Under the pieces are notes generated by a model that was given only the letters and a program-made list of their open reading frames with translations, was not told the DNA's origin and did not search any database. This document shows, piece by piece, positions 27,904 through 39,358 of a stretch of DNA of 39,395 nucleotides. Position 1 is the first letter of the stretch. Each line of letters opens with the position of its first letter. The DNA comes from Vermamoeba vermiformis (taxonomy: Eukaryota). The stretch lies in NCBI GenBank assembly GCA_045837725.1, contig JBEWZL010000171.1:1-39395 (forward strand), read 5' to 3'. The position numbers were made by a program, and so were the translations under genes.

Positions 27904-29683
27904 CTACCACATGAAACGAGCGACTTCGTTATTCGGCCAATAAAACGGCTTGTACAGATACAAGTAAAGTGTCACCACATTGATAGCGATGAAGACGAGG
28001 TAATTGAGCACCATGGCTGTCGTTCTGTTAATGTCAGTCGTGTGCAACATGAGCAGCTGAACGGGCACAATGTAATATCTGAACTCGAACAGCGGTGAGG
28101 GCACCAAGACTACGAAGCAACAAATGAAAAACATCAACTTCCAAACAGCAGATCTGACTCGCAAGGCATTCCATAACGTCCATAATGAGTAGTAATAGAC
28201 AGGAACCATCGCGTATTTGAAGTACGGGTCGTAAGCCATGAAGAATCTTCTCCAAATATAGAATGTGTAGTGACGATTATCGGCCAATAGATACGGATGC
28301 GCGTAGCTATTGACACGTCAGTCAAATCTTTGAAGACCGGAGTTAGTTTAATTTCTTACGTGAACTTGTGCACGGTCCAAAACATCACAGCCAACACAGC
28401 TGACGTTACAGCAAGTTGATTGACGGTCAAGTTGACGGTGTGTTTCTTAATGAATTCTTTCAACGCGCTGAAACGCAACGTAGTTGTAAATAAGAATAGT
28501 GTGGCGGTCACGAGGAAATAGTAAAATTGAGGCACGTGAAGGATTGCTGTGTGTGCTTCTTTGTCGCCTATAACGGTGTTAATATCACGCCGTGCTCAAT
28601 GTTTTCATTTCTTACCGACTGTAATTGACCCATTTTGCACGACAAATGCGACAAAACCAAGTATCACGAGAACGTAACCAAAGTACTTGAAGACCAAAGC
28701 GAACAAGTACTTGAGCACAAACGTGATGAATGATGTCAGTTCTGCTACTAAGTTATTGCTGGGCACGTCTTTTCTTCGTGCTAGATAATCGTGTTGCAAT
28801 ATGCTGATTGCAAGCATGAACACGACCCACACAATGTTTGTTTGCCTGAATAACACTGCACAGAACGAAAACTGCGTAGGAATTAGCGGTGGTACATTGT
28901 AATCGGCACTCTTACCAATGCACTAATGTTTTGTCGTCCTGACAATGCAAAGTAATAAGCAGCCAATACGAAGAAGGTAGATCCGCTGTCGGTGTAAAAC
29001 ATGAAGTGAAAAAAGTATGAAATGGGCAGCAAATACGACATGAGTGCCATTAACAACGCGTTGTTCTTCTTTGTAGATGTTTGGAATACGTTGCTCATGA
29101 AGCACAAGCGATAGAAAACTAAGCTTGAAAGTGCTGCGAAGACAATGTTGACGGATCTTGTCAACGATAACGTGCAACCATGCCACTTAAACAACGGTTA
29201 GCCCTTTTAGTACTAGATAAGCACAACTCACGTTAGCAGGGGCAGTGAATTTGGTTAATACTGCTTCATAAGCCAGTGTCGCCAAGTACCTAAGTCGCAG
29301 TGAATCAATGTCAGTATTAAAAATGCTGGAAATATGACTTACAATCCAGGAAAAGTAGTAATTTTAGGGTCCCAATGAGTATATCGTCCTTCGCAGTACG
29401 CTACTGTTTGAGGAAGATGAAAGATCTCATCCTGAGCAAGAGAAATTTTAAAAATCCGTAGAATATTATTATTGACTTAGTAATAGCACGACACGCAACA
29501 TTATTGCATCCAGCCTTTTTTTAGTAATTAATTACAAAATTTTGGTTTGAAATTTAATTAAATAACACCTTTCGAACCGTGCGCTTACCATGTACGGGAC
29601 ATTCACTATCGTATTAACTAGTTTCCATACGGGGTATGCAGATATTAATACTGTTAATATCAAAATGACCGCTCTGGTATCCA
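27904..29683 (-). CDS. ALG10: Dol-P-Glc:Glc2Man9GlcNAc2-PP-Dol alpha-1,2-glucosyltransferase (ALG10/DIE2)
   Basis: Motifs are [14 protein letters not shown]....[68 protein letters not shown] and the C-terminal RFMW*. Confidence 0.97.
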
Positions 29684-29788
29684 TATCATGCGCGCCAAAT
29701 TTTTAAACTCGAAGAGCGGTGTCTCTCTTGCGTTGAAGACCGTTTCAGGTTAAATTGGTAGCGTGGTCATTTGTCGACAAACAAAAAC

Positions 29789-29797
29789 AAAAAAAAA
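29789..29797 (-). terminator. T9 run, putative RNA polymerase III terminator of the tRNA-like gene
   Basis: Nine T's on the minus strand begin 12 nt after the discriminator base. Confidence 0.6.
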
Positions 29798-29808
29798 CGC
29801 AATGTGGA

Positions 29809-29881
29809 TACCTATGGCGGAAATCGAATCCGCGACCTTGGGAGTTACAGAACCACGCTCTACCAGCTGAGCTACATGGGT
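29809..29881 (-). tRNA. Atypical intronless tRNA-like gene, anticodon GTA (nominally Tyr); possibly pseudo-tRNA or repurposed RNA
   Basis: 73-nt cloverleaf: ACCCATG TA GCTC AGCTGGTA GAGC G TGGTT CT-GTA-AC TCCCA AGGTC GCGGA TTCGATT TCCGC CATAGGT A. The D and T arms are perfectly paired, with 1 mismatch in the acceptor stem and 2 in the anticodon stem. Confidence 0.75.
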
Positions 29882-29925
29882 ACCCAAAGTAGCAAATATT
29901 ATGAAGTAAAGTTTATGTACACTAA

Positions 29926-30417
29926 TTACATTGTATTCTGATCCAACTCTTTGTCTTCTCGTTCTTCATCGTTCCAGATGCGGTCGTCATCCGTTTGAAT
30001 AAAGGAAGGACTGAAAAAATGCTTAGTACGTAATTTAATTAATATGATATTAGGCGTACTCTTCTTGGCCTGGCGTATAATCAAGCGTAAATGATTCTTG
30101 TTTTGGTACAAAGGGTTGATCGGGTATTTCTGCCACTAACTCTTCGTCTGGATTTCGAGATTCTACGGGCAAAGTAATTTCCACTGGTGTATATTCAATA
30201 TCTTCGTCGATAATAATGGGTTGAGGGTGTGGTACCAGCTCAGGAACTGAATTTTCTAATTGTCTTGATCAACTCCCGTCCAAAAATTTTAAAAAAATGG
30301 CTTAAGCTTACCTTTGCTGTTTATTATGTCAGAATATTGTTTGCTGGAGTTGGAAGGAATTACAAAATTCTGGAATTTTTGTGGCAGTGGCGGATTGGAA
30401 AAAAAATTGGATGACAT
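29926..30417 (-). CDS. Small acidic, Pro-rich, probably disordered hypothetical protein (3 exons, ~130 aa)
   Basis: MSSNFFSNPPLPQK...NSK|ENSVPELVPHPQPIIIDEDIEY...PGQE|DPSFIQTDDDRIWNDEEREDKELDQNTM*. Two ~50-nt GT-AG introns preserve the frame. Confidence 0.6.
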
Positions 30418-30579
30418 TGAAGCTCGTGCTTAGTTAAACCTTCTTTTTCGCTAATATTTCTTCATTTATAATATTTAATGCGTGCACATTAATCACTTGT
30501 AGTGGTGCTGTCAATGCTAAGAGAATAAAAAGGTCACCGGATCTTTTTTGTTAAATATAACTATTTATTGGCGAGGCAA

Positions 30580-31918
30580 CTATTTCTTGGCTGTAGAAGT
30601 GTTGTTGTTGGATGGAGCAGTGTACGGTAACGTGTTGACCTTCCATTCGCCGGTCTTGGGATTATAGAACATCTCTAACAAACTCTTTTCGTCGTCTTCT
30701 TTGTCGACTTTGAAGCTCAGATCTACTACAGGCTCGTTGTAATGGCCCATGAAGTGCAGTCGAACACCAACAGAGTCTTTAATGCCCTTCAACTTGATTT
30801 CAAACGGCTCTTCTTTCACGTTCCTGAACTTGTCGCTGCTCTTCTGCTCTTTGTACTGCAATGCTCGAAAGATGGTTGCAGGCGTGTCATCAACGTCAAT
30901 TGCGCGCAAAGTGAGTGTCTTTGGCGTGCGATCAACGATAACGCGGCGCTGCAATAAGAATGTGGGAATTTCGAGCTCCAATTCCTTCATCAATAACTGC
31001 ATCACAACGTCGCACTTGGCGTGAATGACCATCTCTGCCATGTCGTCCAGATCCGTTCGTTGCAAATTGCAAATAACCAATTTCTTGCCAGCTTTAGCAA
31101 CCTTCTTGGGCATAGTGCAAGCAGGTCTCACGGTCAAGCTGCTGCCAAGCACGAGCATCAGATCTGTGAGCAAAGTGTGGTCATAAGCCTTCTGCAAGGG
31201 TTCCTGAGGCAAATTCTCGCCAAAATTGATGATGGTGTCGTGTAATTCGCCGTCGCAAACGACACATTTACGGCCAGTGCGGTGATCGTGCACACTGTAC
31301 GCGTAGTCGGCTGTGGCATCGTAGTCTCGCAAATATTCTTTGCCGCACTTGATGCATCGCTCCAAGTTTGAATTTCCGTGCAGTTCTGAGATCTACGTCG
31401 AACGGAATTAGATGGTTTTATTAATTAATTATGGTGGTCTCTGCGTACCTTGTTGGGCAAAATACCACTTCGACGGTGCAAGCCATCGCAATTTTGACTA
31501 ATTAAATACTTCAAATATCCTATTATTTAATAATTAAGTCAATAAAATGTGAATTTTAAATGTTGTTAACGCAGATTGAGTACCTTTGTTTTGTAACTCG
31601 ACCAAGCTCATATGGCAAACAGTCGGCATTGCTTTTAACGTCGATACAGAATTTTTAGGGCTCTTGCCTTGAGCTCCTAAGGTCCAAACTCCTTCAGGTC
31701 CACGGAAATCCGGAATTCCTAGCAGAAAAAATTATAAATTTAAATTAAAAAAAATTCTGCGTACCTGCTGAGGTGGAAATACCGGCTCCTGTGAATGCTG
31801 TAAAGTGATTGCTTTTTTTAATCCATCGTGCTAAGCGTTTGACTTTCTTTATCACTTCCTCCTCGGGATCGAAGATCTCTCGGACTCTCTCGGGGTCTTT
31901 ATGCGCAGTATCTGTCAT
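30580..31918 (-). CDS. NAD-dependent deacylase, class IV sirtuin (SIRT6/SIRT7-like)
   Basis: Motifs are [42 protein letters not shown], CIKC...CVVC (Zn ribbon), LHDTIINFGENLP, LGSSLTVRPA and ICNLQRT. Confidence 0.95.
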
Positions 31919-32108
31919 GATATGTTGTGTTTAGTTTGTGTTTGTTGATTGAACTGAATTCTCGACGAGAACAGCTTTAAATCGATTTTAGGCCTTTCAA
32001 ATAAAATCAAGACCTTCGATAGAAATCGTACCCAAATTTGATAAATCCTAAAATCATACGAACGCAATTAAGTGCAACAAAGGTACTTACTTTTCAAAAG
32101 AAGTAGGA

Positions 32109-34849
32109 TTAAAGACTGTTTCGGTCTGCAGTTCGGGTGCTAAACTCCTTTTGGTAGACCGCTTGATAAGCGCTGGTCACGAAATGTAGCTTTTGCTTTG
32201 ACTCGAAGCCCATAAGCACTGAGTTGTCATCTACAACAAGAGACTCGAGCAAAATAGCCATTGGCAAGAAATCGGCAGTTTCGTACATGTCGCTCTCGAT
32301 CTGCGGTTTGATCCGCAAGTTGACTGAGTTGATGAAAGACTCTGACACGAAGTCATCTTCCGTATTAGTAAATTCGAACTGCTCGGCTGCCGCGACCTGT
32401 CAACTTTAGTTAGGCGAACCATTCGGTGACAAACAAGACTTACTTGGCTAGGCAGGTAATGCACGAGATAAGAGAGCACATTTTGATCATTTTCACTCAT
32501 GTAGCCGCGCAATGCCTCGGAGGTGGGTCGAAAAACACCTTGTGCTATGTACTGGAACAACAGTCTATTGCCAGACGTGAGTATTGAGCTGTCAAGTTCA
32601 CGTGATAAGCGGTACTTACTGCTCGGGCAACACTTTGATGGCCAGTCTCAAAAACACCTCTTCGAAGGCTTGTGGTGAAGGAAATTGAAGCTCTTCAATA
32701 GCCACGTGCATTTGTTCGAAGCAATGGAACGCGTCGTGCTCCTTTTTCTTTGAGGCCAGGGCAGCATTGAGTGCTTGGAACAAACGAACGGAACTGATGG
32801 ACTGCTGCTCGCGATAGAACGATACTGTTTGCTGTTGCTGTCGATGTGTCAATGACGGTACAGCTGTCAATAGGGCAGCATGAAACGCCATGATGACACG
32901 TTGTCTGTTCCTGTCGTTGATTGGGTGGCCCACCAGTGCAGCATAGCTGTTCTCTTGCTTAACGTTAGTATTATTCTGCGGCTGGTTGCGGTGAAACATT
33001 TGCTTGAGTTGCTCGATAAACCCCTTCGGTTCCACGCTCGGTGATGAGTTGGTGGCGAGCGCAATGGCAACCAAGTTCGAACTAATGGCTGTTGTACTTG
33101 GAACAGATGTAATTAACGATTGACGAGAGCATTGTTCGATTTGCACGAGGTTGTTAGCGTTCAGCTGCGGCACGACCAAGTTGGTATTGCTAACATTACC
33201 TTGCAGCCAACTTCCTTTTGGTGAAGCTTTCGAATGGCCATTAATGCTCTGCTTCCTTCGTGTGCGCTTGACTTCCCTGTTCAGGGAGGTCTCACCCAAA
33301 GTGAAGCTTTCGCGCTCAGAGCCGATCACTGTTGGGAATGGCGTCGGTGGTAACTCGATGGCGCTGAGTGACATGGATCTGAAATGCTTTCGATGCTGCG
33401 CTGAAGGTGATTCAGCCAAGTGAGTCCTCCTCAGCCTCGGCGGTGGGTTTACAAACAATGTCTCGAGCGACAATCTCTTTCGTCTTTCGGTGTTCTAAAT
33501 TGAAAGTTAAAAAAACAATAACGCTGATTTGCCGTACCATTTGACTGTTGTACAAGGCAGGATTGATCGTAGAGTACTCTATTTCATCGAAGTAATAGCC
33601 AAGCGACTAAAACAAGATTAGTTCAGCTGCAAGTAAACTCGATCTCGCATCCGACTTACGTTGATCGTCTCTTTCTTGTTGAAGTTCTTCACGCCTGAAA
33701 TTGGAAGACTATCAAACACTTGGTATATTTGCCGCTCATTGGTGAAGTCTTTTTGAATGTGCGACACCGTGGAGACGAACAGATTGAAACTCATGCCAAT
33801 CAGAAATTCTTTCAACACTGCACTCGATATCAAATCGGGACTATCTTCGGCCAATCTCGTCAATAGCTGTCGTGTACGTTAGTTTAATAGAGCGTAAATA
33901 GTGGTGCCAGACATACTTGAGCGGCCATTTCAATCTGATTCATATGAATGATCAAGAAGTGCAGTGCCATTTTGAGCTGTTCGACGTTCGGATCATACTC
34001 GTTGTCGTGTGGCAATGGTCTAGCCACTAATGTTTCGACCAAGTTCTGATGAGACACGCACAGAGAATATGATTGCAAGGTAGTCAAGTCCATCACTATT
34101 CTGCCAGCACCGAAGACATCTAACGGAGTCAAAAGCGGATTGGTCGTTGGAAATTGAGGGGCCCAAATACCTGTTGTCGAACGAGTTAGTTTTGCTCCCG
34201 TGTAACCAACCCTACTTGCCATAAAATGTCATTGAAGGCAATGGGTGTGCGAAGTGCTCGGGACCGCAATCAATCAGCTGCAGGTACTTGTTCGGCAGAT
34301 AAATCACCAACATATTAACGGTCGAATCGAATAACACTTTCTCGTTCTCGTAAATATCCTCCACGGTGAACTCGAGAAATGAATTGGTGTGCATGAAATA
34401 AATCGACACTTCGAGCTTGTTATCTTGACGCCGTGGGTTGTGCACTTGACACAAGCACAAGACTGAGCCCTAATACAGCATTAAAGACTAACATAACGTA
34501 ATTGAATTCTGCATCACTTACAGAGGGTCGAATAGGTACCACGGTTAGAGAGTCAACAAATTTCTCGTCAATTATTGCTTCAGCAGAAATGTTAGTGTTA
34601 CTGTTATTATTGATTACTGCGACTACGTACTCAATTTTAACGGGATTGTGCGCGTGAACACGAGCTCTTTCCTCTTGCTTCGAAATCGGTAACTCGAGAA
34701 ATCATAAATGTTCTGCCACACATATTAGCCTCATCACAAATACGTTAATTGTTACCTTCTCGTCTCTTTTTGTAATGAGGTACAATCGTTGAGTATTAAT
34801 ATCCCATTGGTGCCATACGACTTTATCATCAATTTCAGCGATCATTTCC
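32109..34849 (-). CDS. GSAP: Gamma-secretase-activating protein / pigeon homologue, 5' part missing (interrupted by transposon)
   Basis: VWHQWDINTQRLY, LVIYLPNKYLQLIDC, and the C-terminal FEQMHVAIEELQFPSPQAFEEVFLRLAIKVLP..LFQYIAQGVF..T and FLPMAILL match my recollection of GSAP motifs. Host-like sequence stops at ~34850, where element sequence begins. Confidence 0.7.
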
Positions 34850-34861
34850 GAGTGCGAAAAA

Positions 34862-34895
34862 GTTGTATTAAATAAATTGAGAGGTATCTCATTTT
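34862..34895. repeat. Left terminal/subterminal repeat with internal hairpin (TGAGA-GGTA-TCTCA)
   Basis: By manual ungapped count it matches the reverse complement of 39362-39395 at 26/34. Positions 34871-34895 match 39359-39383 at 22/25 in direct orientation. Confidence 0.75.
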
Positions 34896-34909
34896 TTATT
34901 TGTTTGACT

Positions 34910-37247
34910 TCAATCGTCATATCGCTTGTTTGGTTTTTTGTTTCGCTTTGTTCTTCCATAGTCAGTTGTGTTTATATTTCGGTATTCACGTGCAATCCAC
35001 TCAGTACTTGTCACTGGCTGTATCAACACTGGGGCATCATAGTCATTTTCATCTAATTCATCTTCATCTGGATAAGTCTCTGGTATGACAGCATCAACAT
35101 CAGGGTGCACTGCCTCGTGCACCACTTTCACTGAGGTTGTGGACTGGTCATGGTGACGCTGCTGTGGTGGCAAGAACATCAATTCATAATTTGTTGTTGG
35201 GCTGTCAAACTCAATATCTAGTAGATCAATTGCAGTTGTGTCGTCTTCTGCAGGCTGATCGGCATTGAATAATTCTTCAAAGTATTGTTGCTGTTCCTCA
35301 GATAGTTTGTCGTAAGTTTTTCTGGTCGCTTCAATCACTTTGTCGTCAATTGGCTTTGGTTCAATCTTGATTGGTTTGTCCGCTGGAATATTGTGAAGGA
35401 TAACAATATCGTCACCATCTGCACCCCCTTTCCACTCCTCATCTGTTGCCGTGTAATTGCGCCAATGCATTACAACGCTTCCTTGTGCATTGACAGTGAA
35501 TCGAAAAACATGGGGCTTTGTGTGCCCAGTGAGCTTTGGTAGATATGGGGCAAGCCAGCCACGATAATCATAGATAGTTTTTACCAATCGCACTTCTGGC
35601 GGCGAATTGTAGCAACTCTTAATGTACTCTTTGACATCTTCATCGTCGCCCGTAAGGAGATTATGTGACTTGAGTCCAATAGCCACTGGCACGTTCTCTT
35701 GGTCAATGTCTGTATGAGTGTGTCCTTGAGGAAGGCAAATGAAATAGATGGTATTGGTAAACTTTTTGAGCAGCAAAACCGCAAAAAAGCCAAAAACGTA
35801 GGTATTTTTGTTCTCTCGCCAGCAGTTGTCGCTTTGAAATACCATTGTTGGTGGCAGAGCCTGACCATCTCTGATTTGCGAAACTATGTGAATGGCTAGT
35901 AGATTGATGCTGTAATTGCTGTCGTGACTATACTGTTGTGCAATTGAGACAAACAGAGTACGTCGCTTGGTGTTGTGGTTGATAAGTCCGGATATTTGCA
36001 ATCGCAAACGTGCAAGACGGAGCCAAGATTTTGGGAACTGAGACCAGGCAATGTGCGGAATCAAAATCCCTGAATAGCCATCCCATATCATTTGCCAAAT
36101 CAAAAAGCTAGCGATTAGCTTTCGGTTAGAATATGTCAGCCGTTCTAACTTTTGCAATGCGTTGTGCTTTGCCACTTGCTTTTGAACGTTGGTAACTTGA
36201 GTTTGGGACACTGCAGCAGCTTGTTGCAACTTCCTACGCAAGATTAGCTTCACTGTGAGTATGGAAGAAACTTACATTCTGAGCTCCACACATTCGTCAC
36301 ATTTGCCCAACCGCGTAGTCTTTGGGAATTTGATCCATGCGTACTGAGAAATTGTCGTATAGAAAGTACTCAGCGATGCTATGCGATGCGTTTCCTCAAA
36401 TTCTGAAGCATATTGAGCGTAAAGAAGCTTTTTGTTAAGCGCAATAGGGCAGTGCCATTGATCACTATCAGGTTGTTCATCGAAAAATATGGACATCAAG
36501 CTGAGCACAAAACTTTGCACCGACTGTAATTGAGCTGATGAATACAATCTGAGGGCATTACCATGTGGAATGACAGAGCAACTAGACTCTTGTTTGATTT
36601 GTTGTAGCAGAGGTGCAAGCTTGTTTGTACTGATTCCAAGCAGTTTGATGAAAGCGCGTTGACAGACTTCAAGACCGTCAAGCTTGTAACAAATCGTCGG
36701 AGGCTTGTCACTTCCTTGATCAACTTTCATCGCATTAAGGGAATCAAGTAGCCATCTTGACCTGCCATCGTGTCAGGCATTTAGCAGAAACATGAGGTAC
36801 GTACCTTTCGCGCTCAGATTTCTCAGAGTATGGCAGTCGTAAGCGTTCAATCTTCTGGACATTAAATTGCCTCATACACAGTTGTTTGCAGCACTTGTAT
36901 TGCAACAGCTTTTCATTGAAATTACATAGCTTAAGCTGCTTTCGTGATGGTGACGCGACGCGCAACTTTCGAGTCTCGGATTTGTAAGTGCGTTTTGGGG
37001 AGGGGTCATAGATTGAGGATACTCGTCTATTAATATCTATTATGTGTAAGCAATGCAGCTAATTGTAGAACGATACGTACCGTCAAAAATTTTATTGCTA
37101 TCAACCTCGTAAATCCACGACCGCCGATCATCGCTCGTGCTTGTTGTCTCATCTTCATCTACATATATTAATGAAATGCAGATAGATATAAATGCCCATA
37201 CCCTTATTGAAGACTTTTGTTGTGTCAAAATCGCAGATCCAGTCCAT
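34910..37247 (-). CDS. Spliced, apparently intact DDD-type transposase (Sola1/DUF7869-like), 5 exons, ~720 aa
   Basis: Motifs are CCKQLC, VCQRAFIKLLGIS, LGKCDEC...H, candidate catalytic WDG, FQSDNCWRENKN and LPQGHTHTDIDQ, and KPHVFRF. Four GT-AG introns join MDWICDF (37247) to the stop at 34910 with no frameshift. Confidence 0.85.
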
Positions 37248-38001
37248 TCGACAATTATTAAATTAATTATTGCGTTATCGGCACGTGACGGCTTCAGCAA
37301 TTTATCTACAATGATGGGTGTTATTGCACATATTATTACTGTTACTATTGTAATTATTCATAATACAATCACTCGATTAAATAGCCAAACACATCTGGTC
37401 GCTTGGATTTAAAAAAAAATTAACCAAACTGATTACCTTCAAAGTGAGATAGCTGCGACCCTATATAGTGCCTATTGTGGTGCTTATATCATGTTATATA
37501 TTGTAAATACGATAAAATTCGAGTTGGTTTTCTCAGGGTCTGAAACTCTGTTTTTAGTTTATTTTATTTTTGTTATTGAACACCACACATGTCGGCAGCC
37601 ACTCTGGACCCTGTTCTTATACGAATTTATCAAGGGGAGTCTATTGATAATATTACATTGCAAGTACGAGATATTGTCCCGCCATCCACTCCCGGATCGA
37701 AGCTCAAACATTATTGGTAAATATTATTAATTAACTACGAGATAATTATATCTATTGTTCTCATTCATAAATCAACCTTGTAAATAATATTTAATAATTA
37801 TTACTGGTAATTAATTTATTGCAACGTATGAAAATTAAATCTCCGTTATTGGCGGGTCGTTACGTAAATTACTTCACTACTTCGACACTTGATAATTTGC
37901 ATTTGTTTACTGCTTTCATTTATTATTTTAACTGATGATTCATAGTTTGTTATTATCTGACGCGCATGTGATGATACCGTGCATTTTGCACGAGTCGCTG
38001 A

Positions 38002-39335
38002 ATGACAAGATTGCAAATGGTGCAATCAAAACGGGATCAATACTACGTCTTTCGAAATGGAGCTGGCATAACCATAATGATCGGTACGCCCCTCAGCATC
38101 AATTTACATGATCTAACTACTTGCAATAGTCGTGTGCTCTCTGTCGTTGCATCGGGGCTTACCGTTACTGGGCACATGAAGCAGATCAATTTTAGTGCTG
38201 TGCGTGACATCTATGAAGCAGTGAATGATTTTGAAGGTGAGTGTTATCGATGCCACGCTGTTCTTATAAATTGCTAGATGACGGACTTGACATGCCCACA
38301 CCTACACACGCTACACAAGCCACTGAACGTGAAGCCGATGAAAGAACTCTGCGTAGGTGACCAACTGTACACAGCATAATTGTCTTGATTGCTGATCATA
38401 ATTTAGAATTGTGGATAGACAAAGGCATGAAGCTCATTGATGAAGGCATCGATCACAAATTTTACGACCACGATCAAGGACTGCAAATCAAGTACAAGAG
38501 TCGCTTATACGTTGAATTTGATGCTCTCATCTACAAAGAGGCGTTCCACGAGAAGGGCGATGATTGCTTTGCAAAGAAATACGGTGTGTGTACAATTGCC
38601 GCATGTTTAAAGGCAAAATCCACCTCAAAACCGTTAATCGCCCTGCATATCAACAGTGATGGTGAAGATCATTTTGCTTTGGTTCAACCAGGATCAGTAA
38701 CCAATAATGGGTATAAAAACAACGACGATGAGCCTATGCACATTGAACAATTGTGGAGAGAGCACGTGACCAACAACGGAACTACTGCACGCCCAAAGAA
38801 ACAAAGACCAGCCAGTGATGACTCGGAACTGCCATCAAAAAGCACTCGATCTCGTACACGCGAGGACTCTGATAGTGAAGATGACCGCGCCCGTAAGCGT
38901 CATAAATCAGACAACAATCTGTCGAATCAGGTCTCACCACAGCTCACCGAATTGCTTGCTGATGTTGCAAGCATTGGACAGAATATCTCTGCTTTATCAG
39001 CAACCATCAGTTCACAGCATGATAAAACATCTCGTCAGCTCGTACTCTTGAACAACACAACCAACGCAAAGCATACTGCCATCGAAGAACGATTGAAGTC
39101 TTTGTCTGACGAGATAAAGGCAGTCAATAGTTCAATCAAGACATTGGATGAAGTTGTGCAACGCATATTGTCGCACGTGAAAGCTGACGCGAAAGAGAAG
39201 GAAAAGGTTGTTGTCGTACAAGCACCAATACCTCAGATGCGCCAAGAGCCTCACTATGTTGTGCCACCAAACTACTACTCGGGAACACCCTCATACAATG
39301 GCCCATACAATAGTCCTTCATCACGTTTTTTCTAA
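38002..39335 (+). CDS. Transposon accessory protein of unknown function (3 exons, ~410 aa): beta-rich domain, NLS-like linker, coiled coil, Pro/Tyr tail
   Basis: Exons 38002-38236, 38278-38352 and 38407-39335 join in frame via GT-AG introns. RPKKQR and RARKRHK are basic patches, and LTELLADVASIGQNISALS...IEERLKSLSDEIKAVNSSIKTLDEVVQRI shows heptads. The start codon is uncertain. Confidence 0.75.
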
Positions 39336-39358
39336 GACGATTTGTCATAGCAAATTTC

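Noticed and set aside
37535-37612. CAGGGTC...GACCCTG inverted pair in the element spacer as a structured ncRNA
   Set aside because: It is only a 7-bp stem around ~60 nt of mostly AT-rich sequence, which chance can explain.
38385-39335. Possible Fanzor/TnpB or other RNA-guided nuclease as transposon cargo
   Set aside because: I see no RuvC I/II/III motifs or CxxC zinc finger, and the stop is only ~24 nt from the end motif, leaving little room for a guide scaffold.
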